A DNA stretch of 64,000 nucleotides from Vulcanimicrobiota bacterium (lineage in GTDB: Bacteria > Vulcanimicrobiota > Vulcanimicrobiia > Vulcanimicrobiales > Vulcanimicrobiaceae): contig CAVRQT010000002.1 of assembly GCA_963723515.1 (NCBI GenBank), positions 576,001 through 640,000 of the forward strand, given 5' to 3'. The notes below the pieces were generated by a model, which was not told the origin of the DNA, ran no database searches, and saw only the letters and a list, made by a program, of their open reading frames with translations. Of the stretch, positions 45,867 to 56,030 are shown piece by piece; positions within the stretch are counted from its first letter, which is position 1; the number at the start of each line of letters is the position of its first letter. Position numbers and translations under genes: made by a program.

Positions 45867-46730
45867 TCATGTATTAGTCGAGCCGTCTCCTAACAGAATG
45901 TCGGCCACGCGCATCAAGTCTTTATCGTTTGAAAATTTGATTTCGATCTTGCCGCCGTCGCCGGCGCGGCGCAACGCAACGTGGGTGCCGAGTCGAAATC
46001 GCAACCGCGATTCAAAATCTTGTTCGTCCGCCGTCAGCACCGCGCCATCGCTTGCGGCAGCCTTGCTCTTTTTCATCGACGTAGCGCCGGCGAGCCGCTC
46101 GAGCTGCCGAACGGAGAGTCCTTCGTCGATCGCGCGCTGCGCTAGGGCAAAACGCTCGCGTTCGGGTGCTGACAATAACGCCCGCGCCGCTCCCGCGCTC
46201 AATCTCCCATCTGCGACGAGCGCCTTGATGGCGTCGGCCAAGGTCAAGAGTCGAAGCGCGTTAGCGATTGCCGGACGGCTCTTTGCGAGACGCTCCGCCA
46301 GTTGCTCTTGCGTATAGCCGTACATCTCAATCAACTGTGCAAAGCCTGCCGCTTCTTCGAGCGCGCCGAGATCTTCACGCTGCAGATTCTCAACGATCGC
46401 CACTTCTAAGCTTTCACGGTCGTCCGACGACCGGACGATCGCGGGAATCGTCGTCAGGTTGAGCGCGGCGGCGGCGCGCCATCGCCGTTCGCCGGCGATC
46501 AGTTCGTAGCTCTCGCCTCGTTCGCGTACGATGATTGGGATCAACACACCGTATTTTGCGATCGAGTTTCGCAACTCGCGCATCGTCGAATCGTCGAAGC
46601 GCTTGCGCGGCTGAAACGGATTGGGACGGATGCGATCGACCGGGATCGCGTCGAGGTCACGTTCGGTGCGTTTCGGTTCACCGAACAACGCGTCGAGACC
46701 GCGCCCGAGTCCTCGCCTCTGCGGACTCAT
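45867..46730 (-). CDS. parB: Chromosome partitioning protein ParB/Spo0J
   Basis: GLGRGLDAL, NPFQPR, AGERRWRA and ENLQREDL motifs. Confidence 0.97.
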   Translation of the reverse strand: MSPQRRGLGRGLDALFGEPKRTERDLDAIPVDRIRPNPFQPRKRFDDSTMRELRNSIAKYGVLIPIIVRERGESYELIAGERRWRAAAALNLTTIPAIVRSSDDRESLEVAIVENLQREDLGALEEAAGFAQLIEMYGYTQEQLAERLAKSRPAIANALRLLTLADAIKALVADGRLSAGAARALLSAPERERFALAQRAIDEGLSVRQLERLAGATSMKKSKAAASDGAVLTADEQDFESRLRFRLGTHVALRRAGDGGKIEIKFSNDKDLMRVADILLGDGSTNT

Positions 46731-47521
46731 GCGACGCGGACCGTCGCGTCAAGCAACTCTTTCGCCAGTGAAAGATATGCCTGAGCGCCGCGGCTCTTCA
46801 CGTCAAAGAGAATGATCGGTTTGCCGAACGATGGCGCCTCGGAAAGGCGAATGTTCCGAGGGATTTGCGTCTTGAACATTTGGCGCGGAAAGTAGGCATT
46901 GAGTTCTTCCAACACTTCCACCGCCAATTTCGTGCGGCCATCAAACATCGTAACGAGAACACCGGAGATTAACAACTCCGGATTGAGCGCTTCTTTGACC
47001 CGCCGAATGATCGTCGTCAATTGCGAGAGGCCTTCTAAGGCATAGTATTCCGCCTGCACCGGGATGATCAGTTCTTTGGCGGCCGTCATCGCATTAACGG
47101 TCAAGAGACCGAGCGACGGCGGACAGTCGATCAACGTGAAGTCGTAGCCACCGGCAATCGACGCAAGGACACCCTTCAGGCGATTCTCGCGTGAAAGCGC
47201 CGTCACAAGTTCGATCTCCGCGCCCGCGAGATTGATTGTGGCCGGAATGACGAAAAGCCCAGGCACCTCGGTTTGCCGCAGCACATCCTCAATCGGCGAG
47301 TGATGCAAGAGCAAATCGTAAATATCGCGTTTCAACTCGCTTCGATCGATGCCGACGCCGGTCGTCGTGTTCCCCTGCGGATCGATGTCAACGAGCAAAA
47401 CTTGCTTGCCTAAAACCGCTAAGGCGGCGGCGAGATTGACCGCCGTTGTGCTCTTGCCGACGCCGCCTTTTTGATTGACGACCGCGATCGTGCGCGCCGT
47501 GCCGTTATGCGAGTTGTGCAT
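46727..47521 (-). CDS. parA: Chromosome partitioning ATPase ParA/Soj
   Basis: NQKGGVGKST, DPQGN, DCPPSLG and EYYALEG motifs. Confidence 0.97.
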   Translation of the reverse strand: MHNSHNGTARTIAVVNQKGGVGKSTTAVNLAAALAVLGKQVLLVDIDPQGNTTTGVGIDRSELKRDIYDLLLHHSPIEDVLRQTEVPGLFVIPATINLAGAEIELVTALSRENRLKGVLASIAGGYDFTLIDCPPSLGLLTVNAMTAAKELIIPVQAEYYALEGLSQLTTIIRRVKEALNPELLISGVLVTMFDGRTKLAVEVLEELNAYFPRQMFKTQIPRNIRLSEAPSFGKPIILFDVKSRGAQAYLSLAKELLDATVRVA

Positions 47522-48899
47522 CGAAATACTCGTCGAGAAGCGCCAGCAAACGCGAGCGCTCGTTATGTTCGGGTCGATCGGTCACCTGTTCGAAAAGCCA
47601 CTGCAGCGCTTCCCCGACGCGCGCGTCACCGCGAAAGCCGTGCGGCGCCAAGCCTTTGCGAACCATGACCTCCATGACGTCGCTGCCACTCACCGCCACG
47701 TCGCGCAAACTAAACGCCGGCTTACGCGCGATCTCACTCCACACGCGGGCTTCAAATTCTGCATTGCCGCCTTCGCGCCGCGGCAATCCGCTGCCGATGG
47801 CATCGGCAAGCCGCAATGCAAATTGGCGTTGCAGATGCTCCGTACCGATGCGCCGGATGAAGCGCCGTATACCGGCATCCGTGATGTCGGGATCCGCACT
47901 GTACATGTGCTGGCGAACAAGATGCGCAACATCATCGATGATCTGATTCGCAAACCTCAGCCGGAAGAGCATCGATCGAACGAGCTCTTCGCCGACGGCC
48001 TCATGCCCGTAAAAGCGCGGCCCTTCCTTCGTGCGCGGCTTGCCGATGTCGTGAAAGAGCCCCGCGAGGCGCAAAACGAGATCACCGGGCGGCACCGCAT
48101 CGACCGTTGCCAGCGCGTGGTGGTAGACGTCGTAGGCGTGCCACTCGTTCTGCTCGACGCCGTAGCCCTCAAGCAACTCGGGCCACAGCGCTCCCAACAA
48201 TCCCGTCTCCCGCATTAACTCGAGTCCAATCGACGGGCGCCGTGAAAGCGTCAACATCTTCGAAAGCTCTTCGGCGATGCGCTCCGCAGAAACGGTCTTG
48301 ATTTCCGGCGCCATCGTTTTCATCGCCCTGAGCGTCGGCTCCGTTGGCGAGTATTCAAAGCGCGCCGCAAACTGCGCTGCGCGCAGCATGCGCAGCGGAT
48401 CCTCCGCGAAGGCCTCCTCGCGCAAAATATCGATGCGCCGCGCGCGTACGTCGTCTTCTCCACGGAACGGGTCGACGAGTGTGGCACTTGGCAATGCGCG
48501 CGCGATCATGTTCATCCGAAAGTCGCGACGCCGCAAATCCTCTTCTAATGGAACGTGCGCGCCTGCCTCAACGTCAAATGCACGATGACCGATGCCCGTC
48601 GATCGCTCCCGCCGCGGCAACGCAACGTCAACCGTCGTGCCGTCAAAGGTCACCTTCAGCACCGAAAAAGATGCGCCGACCAAATCAACGCGCGTAGCAT
48701 TTTTGAGGCGCTGCTGCAACGCATCCAACGTGATTCCGGTGACAACGTAATCCAGATCTTTGGTCGGCAATTCGATTCGCTCCGCGTGGGCGCGCAGCTC
48801 GTCACGAACTCTTCCGCCGACTGCGAAAAGCGAGTCGCGCGGCAACAGCGCGGCTAGCTGCGCATCTACCGGGTGCGGTCGATACCTGCGATCGCTCAT
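47505..48899 (-). CDS. cca: CCA-adding/poly(A) polymerase-family nucleotidyltransferase with HD domain
   Basis: VGGRVRD, DLD, RRDFRMN, EDPLRMLRA and HDIGKP motifs. Confidence 0.88.
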   Translation of the reverse strand: MSDRRYRPHPVDAQLAALLPRDSLFAVGGRVRDELRAHAERIELPTKDLDYVVTGITLDALQQRLKNATRVDLVGASFSVLKVTFDGTTVDVALPRRERSTGIGHRAFDVEAGAHVPLEEDLRRRDFRMNMIARALPSATLVDPFRGEDDVRARRIDILREEAFAEDPLRMLRAAQFAARFEYSPTEPTLRAMKTMAPEIKTVSAERIAEELSKMLTLSRRPSIGLELMRETGLLGALWPELLEGYGVEQNEWHAYDVYHHALATVDAVPPGDLVLRLAGLFHDIGKPRTKEGPRFYGHEAVGEELVRSMLFRLRFANQIIDDVAHLVRQHMYSADPDITDAGIRRFIRRIGTEHLQRQFALRLADAIGSGLPRREGGNAEFEARVWSEIARKPAFSLRDVAVSGSDVMEVMVRKGLAPHGFRGDARVGEALQWLFEQVTDRPEHNERSRLLALLDEYFDAQLA

Positions 48900-49288
48900 C
48901 GGATGCCGTACCGCTCTTTCATGGCGCGATAACGGTCGTAGGAATAGCGATCGATTCGTTCCCACGGCAACGCATCGAGCAGCGGAATCAAATCCCGTCG
49001 CAAAGCGTCGCCGCGAATCATCAATTGAAAATACCGGCGTCCGCCGTGAAAATATGGCCCATACAAACGTGCATTGTGAATCGCGGAGAGCAAATGCCGC
49101 AGCAGCGGCTCATGGCGCACGTGCAGCTTGAGCGTGATTTGCGGCTGTCGCCCGTCTCCGCCAAAATGGGCGCCGGAAATGAGAACGCCCAAGAGCAGCC
49201 CGCGCTCGAAGTCAGGCAATCGACGCGCCGTCGTTGTTTCACCGAGAGATTCAGGGTAGATTGCCACTGCCGCGTTCTTCTGTTTCAC
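48896..49288 (-). CDS. Single-domain LAGLIDADG-fold-like protein with degenerate motif
   Basis: FERGLLLGVLISGAHF helix, then PQITLKL, LLRHL, RLY, YFQLMIRG and LIPLL pattern; stop overlaps the cca start (ATGA). Confidence 0.6.
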   Translation of the reverse strand: MKQKNAAVAIYPESLGETTTARRLPDFERGLLLGVLISGAHFGGDGRQPQITLKLHVRHEPLLRHLLSAIHNARLYGPYFHGGRRYFQLMIRGDALRRDLIPLLDALPWERIDRYSYDRYRAMKERYGIR

Positions 49289-49998
49289 CGGGAAGTTTCC
49301 CGTGAAACGGTCGCCAGCCGAGCGGCCGCTTTTCCGGGATCCCAGCCCTGCGCGGGAAGCGCCCGGGCGTCATGGCGACCTTCTCCGCCACGATAATCTG
49401 CCGCCCCGCGCCAGCCTGGCGCTCCTCCGCAATTCGACCGCCTAAAACCAGCAGCGCATCTTGGAGCGCCTCACGCTCCTGCCCGCTGACTTCGCCGCGC
49501 TGCAGAATCGCCCGGCCGCCCAACTTTAGGAACGGGAACATGAGTTCCGCGACGACGCGAGGAGTTGGCAACGGCGCGCGCCGTCGCCGTCGAAAATGCT
49601 TCTCGATACGTCGGATCTCGCCCGACGTTTTCCGCGCGCTCTGCCACAACGTTCAGTCGCAGGCCGAGTTCGCGTGAAAGATCGCGCAGAAAAGCCGCCT
49701 TCTTCGCCCGAGACTCGATCAGCGTCATACCGGGCGCCGAGATGATCGCCGCGGGAATCGCCGGCAGACCTCCGCCGGACCCGACGTCCACGTGCTTCTC
49801 TCCAATCAACGGTACGATCGTTAAGGAATCAAGCAGTTGCGGCAGGAGCGCCTCGGGCGTCTTGGCACCAGTCAAATTGAGTCGTTGGTTACGCTCTAGC
49901 AAGATGTCCGCGTAGCGCGCTATCAGCTCGGCTTCCGCCGGCGCCACTCCCCGCGCGACTAAGGCGTCGGCGAGATTTCCGTTACCGAAGTTGTCTAT
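49251..49998 (-). CDS. rsmG: 16S rRNA m7G527 methyltransferase, frameshift near 49560; possible ATA start
   Basis: NLTG, DVGSGGGLP, KKAAFL, TARAV and TPGRFPRRAGIPEKRPL motifs. Confidence 0.92.
49294..49309. promoter_or_regulatory. parS centromere-like site
   Basis: aGTTTCCCGTGAAACg versus consensus TGTTTCACGTGAAACA; extra TGTTTCAC half-sites at 49235 and 49281. Confidence 0.75.
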
Positions 49999-51832
49999 GC
50001 CGAGCGTTGTTGAGGATGGCGCAGATGAACCGAGAGGACCGCAACGTCTGCTGCGCTCACGCCCGGTATCCGGGAGGCGGCGCCGAGCGTGCGGGGCCTT
50101 TGCCGGCTCAGTTTTTCGCGCCCCTCGCGCGAGAGCGCCCTCAGGCTCGTGAATTCCAGGTGCTCTGGGATCTCAAGATGTTCTTCACGGGCGGTGCGTT
50201 CGATCTCTCGTTCTTGTCGGCGGACGTAGCCTGCATACTTGATTTCAATCGCTGCTCGCTCGCCTATTTCGGGCTCTACCGGCGGCAGAAATGACGCCAC
50301 GTCCGGAAATCGCACTTCGGGCCTTCGCAGCGCCTGCCCAACAGTCGTGCCGGCCGAGATTCTCTGTGCGCCAAGTTCGCATTCGGCCAATCGGCGTCTT
50401 CGCGCTGCTCTCGATCGTCCGGTTAAGTGCGCGCTGCCGCTCTTCGAAGGCCTCAAAATCGTCGTCGCCGATGAGACCGATGCCGACGGCCGACGGGCGT
50501 CAATCGCGTGTCCGCATTATCGTGGCGCAGGAGCACGCGGTGCTCGGCGCGCGAGGTCAGCATCCGGTACGGCTCGTCGACGCCCTTGGTGATCAAGTCG
50601 TCGATCATCGTGCCGATGTACGCTTGGTCGCGCGTAAGAGAGAGCTGCGGCTGCCCCTTCGCCCTCAAGGCGGCGTTGATGCCCGCGATCAGACCCTGCG
50701 CAGCCGCCTCTTCGTAGCCTGATGTTCCATTCAACTGGCCGCAGTGATACAAGCCGGCGATGCGACGCGTCTCCAGCGTCTCTCGGAGCTCGGTCGGCGG
50801 CACCATATCATACTCGACGGCATAACCTGCGCGCAGCATCACGCAGTCCTCAAGCCCCGCCAGGGTATGCAGCATCTCAAGTTGGACTTCCGCCGGAAGC
50901 GACGTCGAGAAGCCACCGACATAGAGCGTCGGTTCATCCCAACCTTCAGGCTCGATAAAAATTTGGTGGGTTGGGTTGTGCGCGAACTTGACGACCTTAT
51001 CTTCGATCGAGGGGCAGTACCGCGGGCCGATCCCCTTAATCAAATCGAGTCCGTAAAGCGGCGAGAGATGCAAATTCTCCCGCACGAGTTGATGGGTCCG
51101 AGCGTTCGTGAGCGTGATGAAGCAGGGCAACTGAGGACCGGCAAATCGCGGGGCGTTCCGATACGAAAACGAAAGGGGGACGGGACTGGGCGGCTGCATC
51201 TGCATGCGCGTCGTATCAGCGGTCGCTCTGTCGATCCGGGGCGGCGTACCGGTCTTCAGCCGCCGCGTCCCAAAGCCAAGGCGGCGCAGTGCCGCGGATA
51301 ACCCGATCGCCGGCGGCTCGCCGTGACGCCCTTCGGCTTGGACCGTCGCGCCCCGAAAGGTCTTTCCGCCCAGGAAGGTACCCGTCGCCAACACCACTTG
51401 CCGGGCGCGATATACGGAACCGTCCGCGCAGATGACGCCACGCGCTTCGCCGGCGTCCACAATTACGTCCTCGACCAAGCCCCGCTGGATCGCAACGCCG
51501 GGCTGAACGCGTAATGCTCGGGTCGCGCAATGCATATAGGTGGGTTTATCCGCTTGGGCCCGCAAGGCACGCACGGCCGGTCCTTTTGACTCGTTGAGCA
51601 TCCGCACGTGCAGCTCCGACGCATCGATCAAGCGCCCCATCTCGCCGCCGAGCGCATCGATCTCGCGCACGAGTTGACCTTTTGCGCTGCCGCCGATGGA
51701 CGGATTGCATGGCAGCGTGCAAATGCGCGCCGGGTCGCCGGTCACTAAAAGCGCTTCGACACCCAGCCGCGCCGCGGCTAACGCCGCCTCAAGGCCGGCA
51801 TGTCCGCCGCCAACGATAATGACGCGCGGCAT
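49995..51832 (-). CDS. mnmG: tRNA uridine-5-carboxymethylaminomethyl modification enzyme, frameshifted near 50380-50490
   Basis: [33 protein letters not shown] and IKYAGY motifs. Confidence 0.97.
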
Positions 51833-51886
51833 CGTCCTCGCGCATAACACGAGTCATGCGGTTATCTTACCAGACGATGTTGCGCT

Positions 51887-53242
51887 CTATTTTCCGATGC
51901 AGAAGCGGGAGAAAATTTCGCCGAGCAACTCCTCGGTAACCGTATCGCCGGTCAGCTTGCCGAGAGATGCAAATGCGCTCTGCAAGCCGGGCGCGATCAG
52001 ATCGAGCGGCATCCTTTGCCCTACCGTCTCCCTCGCATGGCGCAAAGCATCGCGCGCACCCGATACCGCATCAAGCTCGTACAGCGCTCCGAGCGTCGGG
52101 CGTTGCAGATCCGGTTCGCTCGCATCCCAGCCATGCTTTGCGATTGCCTTCCGTATCGCAGAGAGCGTTTCAGCATTGTAGACGCTTCCGGGAATCGCGT
52201 CGTTCAGCTCGTCTGCACGCTCGTCGTAGGCGGTCGTGCCAACATCCGCCTTGTTGAAGTAGACGATGCGATCGATTTCGCGCGTTCTCGCGAGAATATC
52301 TGCTGCAGCTGCGCTTAACGGAACCGATGCATCGATCACCACGATCGCTAACCGCGCCGCGGCGAGCACGCGCCGTGTGCGCTGGATTCCAGCAGCTTCT
52401 ACCGTTTGCGCCGCTTCACGAAGACCGGCTGTATCCGTCAGCCGCACCATCACGCTGCCGATCGTAATTGCTTCCTCAATGGTATCGCGCGTTGTCCCGG
52501 GCAGTTCGGAAACGATCGCGCGATCTTCACCTAAGAGCGCATTCAGCAGCGAAGATTTCCCGGCGTTGGGCGGACCGACGATCGCTACGTCGAGGCCTTC
52601 GCGCACGAGCCGCCCCACTTCGGCGTTTGCAAGCAACTCGTCGAGACGGCTTTCGATTCGAGCAAGCGTTGTTGTTACGCGGAAAGGATCGGGTTCGGCA
52701 ACTTCATCGGAGAAGTCGATTGAAGCGGCAAGTTCTGCGAGCATCTCGGAGAGTACGGCCCGAATCTCGCGGACTTCATTAGCAAGGGCGCTTCCCATGT
52801 TGGCCACGGCTGCACGCGCTGCGGAGCGATGCTCCGCGTTAATCAAATCTGCGACCGACTGCGCCGCATGCAAATCCAGTTTACCGTTGAGGAAAGCCCG
52901 TTTTGTGAATTCGCCCGCGGCGGCGAGTCGTGCACCACTTGCAATCAGAGCGCGCAAGACCTCACGGGTAACGACCGGGGAGCCATGGACCTGCAGTTCA
53001 AGGGTGTCTTCACCCGTGTAGCTGTGCGGCGCATGCGCCAAAATCGCGACACCGTGGTCGACGACGTCACCGCGCTCGTCTAGAAGTTCTCCGTACGTCG
53101 CACGATGCGGTTCCAATGGACGGCCACGAAAATGTTGGCGCGCCAGCGCAATTGTTTTCGGGCCGCTGAGGCGCACGATCGCAATTGCGCCAAATCCCGG
53201 CGGCGTTGCAATCGCCGCGATCGTATCGGCAGTATTGTTCAA
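51887..53242 (-). CDS. mnmE: tRNA modification GTPase
   Basis: [29 protein letters not shown] and FCIGK motifs. Confidence 0.98.
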   Translation of the reverse strand: MNNTADTIAAIATPPGFGAIAIVRLSGPKTIALARQHFRGRPLEPHRATYGELLDERGDVVDHGVAILAHAPHSYTGEDTLELQVHGSPVVTREVLRALIASGARLAAAGEFTKRAFLNGKLDLHAAQSVADLINAEHRSAARAAVANMGSALANEVREIRAVLSEMLAELAASIDFSDEVAEPDPFRVTTTLARIESRLDELLANAEVGRLVREGLDVAIVGPPNAGKSSLLNALLGEDRAIVSELPGTTRDTIEEAITIGSVMVRLTDTAGLREAAQTVEAAGIQRTRRVLAAARLAIVVIDASVPLSAAAADILARTREIDRIVYFNKADVGTTAYDERADELNDAIPGSVYNAETLSAIRKAIAKHGWDASEPDLQRPTLGALYELDAVSGARDALRHARETVGQRMPLDLIAPGLQSAFASLGKLTGDTVTEELLGEIFSRFCIGK

Positions 53243-53263
53243 GCTCGCCGCCCGGGAGAGCCG

Positions 53264-53860
53264 CTATGAAACCGGCGGCCCCTCATTGGAAACGGGGAAC
53301 ACCACCACGCGCCGTTCCGGCTCGATGCCTTCGGATTCCGTTCGAACGTACGGGCTTTCCGCCAGCGCCAAGTGGATGATTTTGCGCTCCGAAGGCAACA
53401 TTGGATCGAGCGCCTGCGGCTTTTTTTCGCGAATGCAGCGCTCCAGCGACACGAGCGCGATGTTCTTTAACTGATCCGCGCGACGCGCGCGATACCCCTC
53501 GGCGTCGATCGTGTAGTATTTGCGGTTATTGCGAACGCCCAAGTTCAAAATGTTGTTAAAGACCAGATTGAGCGCTTCCAGCGTATTGCCGTGGCGACCG
53601 ATTAACGTCGCTAAGTCCGGACCCGTGATTTCGAAGTATTCGCCTTCGCTGCGCGGCAAATACGCAACCTCAACGTGCGTCAAGCCCATCTTTTCAAGGA
53701 TCTGTTCCAGCAGATCGCGCGCCGGTTTGACGGATTCCGGTTCTTTGGTTGTGGTGCGCGTTGTCTGCACTCGCGGCTCGGGCCGCCGCCGTCGTTGCGC
53801 GCGAGAGGTCGCGCGGTCGCGAATGCTGTGCGGCTGGTCGAGCGGAAACTCTTCGTCCAT
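53264..53860 (-). CDS. jag: Jag/KhpB RNA-binding protein (KH plus R3H, no N-terminal Jag domain)
   Basis: LIGRHGNTLEAL, ERKIIH and TESEGIEPERRVV motifs; synteny. Confidence 0.9.
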   Translation of the reverse strand: MDEEFPLDQPHSIRDRATSRAQRRRRPEPRVQTTRTTTKEPESVKPARDLLEQILEKMGLTHVEVAYLPRSEGEYFEITGPDLATLIGRHGNTLEALNLVFNNILNLGVRNNRKYYTIDAEGYRARRADQLKNIALVSLERCIREKKPQALDPMLPSERKIIHLALAESPYVRTESEGIEPERRVVVFPVSNEGPPVS

Positions 53861-53872
53861 AACTTCCTTCGT

Positions 53873-54730
53873 CTAGCGGCGGGAACGTCTGCGCCGGCGA
53901 TTGCGCCGCGAGCTCGAGCCGTTCGGACTCGGCTTCAATTTGACCGGCGTTTCAGGTTCTGCGGTGACGCCTTCAGTGATCGCATGCTCGGAATCCAAGA
54001 CCGAAAGCGGCTGATGGTATTTTCGCAAGAGATAGAGCTGCTGCGCCATCGTGAAAACGTTTAATGCGGTCCAGTAAAGGATCATCGCGGACGGCCAGCG
54101 CGCGCGAAATCCGAAATACGCAATCATCGCGGGCGAGAGAATCGCCATCATTTTCTGTGTGCGCGCCTGCGCCGGATCCGTCGCTGGCATAGTCGTGTAG
54201 CGCATGCTAAGGTACATCGTTACGATATAGACTAGCAGCAATATGAGGTCGGACTCTTTGAGGCTCGTGGCCATAATCGGCCAGTGGGCATGCGCATTGA
54301 TCGCATACGAGAGTGTCGACCCGATCCAAGCCCACGTCGCCGCAGCATACGCGCCAATGTGATCCTTATTTGTGACTGCGTAGTAGACGCTGATGATGAT
54401 CGGCATCTGTATAAGCAGCGGCAGACAACCCGCCATCGGATTGACGCCGGCTTCTTTATAGAGCGCCATCTGTTCGCGTTGCATCGCTTGCGGATCCGGC
54501 TTGCTCTTGTACTTCGCCTGAAGCGCTTTGATACGGGGCGCGATCTTCTGCATGCCGACCATCGTCTTGAATTGCGATGTGTTCAGCGGCCAAAATGCGA
54601 GCCGCACGAGCAGTGCAAAGATAATCAGGCTCCAACCGAGGTTGTGAACCGGGATGTTGATCGCGTTGATGATGTTGCCAACGAGCGTGATAAGCGGGAC
54701 GAGCGGGTTGGCGAACAACAAGATGTGCAA
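53873..54730 (-). CDS. yidC: Membrane protein insertase YidC (short form)
   Basis: LYKEAGVNPMAGCLPLLIQMP and LYW motifs. Confidence 0.95.
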   Translation of the reverse strand: MHILLFANPLVPLITLVGNIINAINIPVHNLGWSLIIFALLVRLAFWPLNTSQFKTMVGMQKIAPRIKALQAKYKSKPDPQAMQREQMALYKEAGVNPMAGCLPLLIQMPIIISVYYAVTNKDHIGAYAAATWAWIGSTLSYAINAHAHWPIMATSLKESDLILLLVYIVTMYLSMRYTTMPATDPAQARTQKMMAILSPAMIAYFGFRARWPSAMILYWTALNVFTMAQQLYLLRKYHQPLSVLDSEHAITEGVTAEPETPVKLKPSPNGSSSRRNRRRRRSRR

Positions 54731-54764
54731 GTAAGAGATTCCTTAGCGTAGGCGGCGCAACAGG

Positions 54765-54974
54765 TTAGGGCACGGGGTCAAAACCGCTCGGACCCCACGG
54801 GTGACACCGAAGCAGTCGCCCGGCGGCAAGCGATACTCCGCGAATTGCACCGTGTTTCGCGATTGCCTGGGCGGCGTACTGCGAACACGTGGGCTCGAAG
54901 CGGCAGGCGCTGGGCAAGAGTGGTGAGATCAGCAGCTTGTATCCACGCAGAATTGCCATAAGCAAAGATCTCAT
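54765..54974 (-). CDS. yidD: Membrane protein insertion efficiency factor
   Basis: [10 protein letters not shown] and RCHPW..GFDPVP motifs. Confidence 0.95.
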   Translation of the reverse strand: MRSLLMAILRGYKLLISPLLPSACRFEPTCSQYAAQAIAKHGAIRGVSLAAGRLLRCHPWGPSGFDPVP

Positions 54975-55297
54975 CGCATGCCCTGCACAGCATGCATCAA
55001 TTCAATTTTCAGTTGCTCGAACTGCGCCCCGGCCGCCGCAGGCCGGGCCTCGATCAGAAGGCGCTGCGGCAAGCTCCCTTGGCGCGAGATTTCATCGAGG
55101 ATCGCTAAGAGACGGCGGCGCACGCGATTGCGGGTCACGGCATTCCCGACGGAGCGGGCCGTCGAGATTCCGACCAGCGCCTGGCCCAGGGGAGAGTCGG
55201 CACGATAGACCGTGAGTGCGCCGGTTGCCGTTCGCCGGCCAGCGCGGCGCAGTCGCGAGAAGTCGCCGCGGCGCCGCAGGCTGGCAAACGTTCGCAT
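54971..55297 (-). CDS. rnpA: Ribonuclease P protein component
   Basis: [13 protein letters not shown] motif; synteny. Confidence 0.92.
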   Translation of the reverse strand: MRTFASLRRRGDFSRLRRAGRRTATGALTVYRADSPLGQALVGISTARSVGNAVTRNRVRRRLLAILDEISRQGSLPQRLLIEARPAAAGAQFEQLKIELMHAVQGMR

Positions 55298-55431
55298 CAG
55301 ACCGCTAGGCGCTTGCGCCCTTTTCGCCGGCGTGCCGAAATCACGCGTCGTCCGTTCTTCGTCGCCATCCGCTTCAAGAAGCCGTGCACCCGTTTGCGGC
55401 GGCGGTTGTGCGGCTGAAAAGTGCGCTTCAT
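55297..55431 (-). CDS. rpmH: 50S ribosomal protein L34 (not in the ORF track)
   Basis: Manual translation [44 protein letters not shown]. Confidence 0.97.
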   Translation of the reverse strand: MKRTFQPHNRRRKRVHGFLKRMATKNGRRVISARRRKGRKRLAV

Positions 55432-55432
55432 G

Positions 55433-55630
55433 CTAGAAGGCGCTCCGCTCTAAGCGCAGCTTGTCCTGAGCGCCGTCGAAGGACGCCCCCCAGCCGAGCT
55501 GGGGCCCCCCGGCCATAGCTCCCTCACGCGTGACGACCCGCCACGATTCCCCGCGGGGTCGCTTAACTAACATCATAAACCTCCACAGCTCCCGCACGAT
55601 CATCGGCACGCCAACCTCGCGAGGTCGCAT
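55433..55630 (-). repeat. Dispersed fixed-spacer leader element, copy 2 (one degenerate plus one full unit), open as a 65-codon ORF
   Basis: GCGACCCCGCGGGGAAT-19 nt-TGAGGGAGC...CCCCAGCTCGGCTGGGGGGCGT-CCTTCGACGGCGCTCAGGACAAGC...AGAGCGGAGCGCCTT; stop lies 1 nt before the rpmH ATG. Confidence 0.92.
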
Positions 55631-55724
55631 AAACTAGCATACACTAATGGAAAGAGGCGGCCGCTTCGCGCGGCCGCATACAGCCACCTAGTATAGGGGT
55701 CCGCGTCAGCAAGCGTCAAGGCCG

Positions 55725-55900
55725 CTTTCCACACGTGTGGACAACGCTGTGGACAACGGTCGGTTTGGTGCGTGACATACGGTGTCGGAAGGCGCATGAA
55801 CAGTACGTTATCGCGCATGTCAAGAGGCAAAAGCGGCCTGCGAAAAATGTTTGTTTCGGGCGATAAAACCGTCATTTTCGGGCTGTGGATAAGTGGATAA
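55725..55900. promoter_or_regulatory. DnaA-box cluster upstream of dnaA (oriC part 1)
   Basis: TGTGGATAA at 55884 (perfect), AGTGGATAA at 55892, TGTGGACAA at 55736 and 55748. Confidence 0.85.
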
Positions 55901-56030
55901 ATCCGTGCAAAAAACCCGCAGGATACGCCCCTGAAAGCGCAAACGTTTGCGCTCCGCTGCGACGGTTCATTAACGTCAAAGCCTTAAGAACTCGGCGCGC
56001 AAATACTTTCAAAGGACGGTACCTCCGGCT

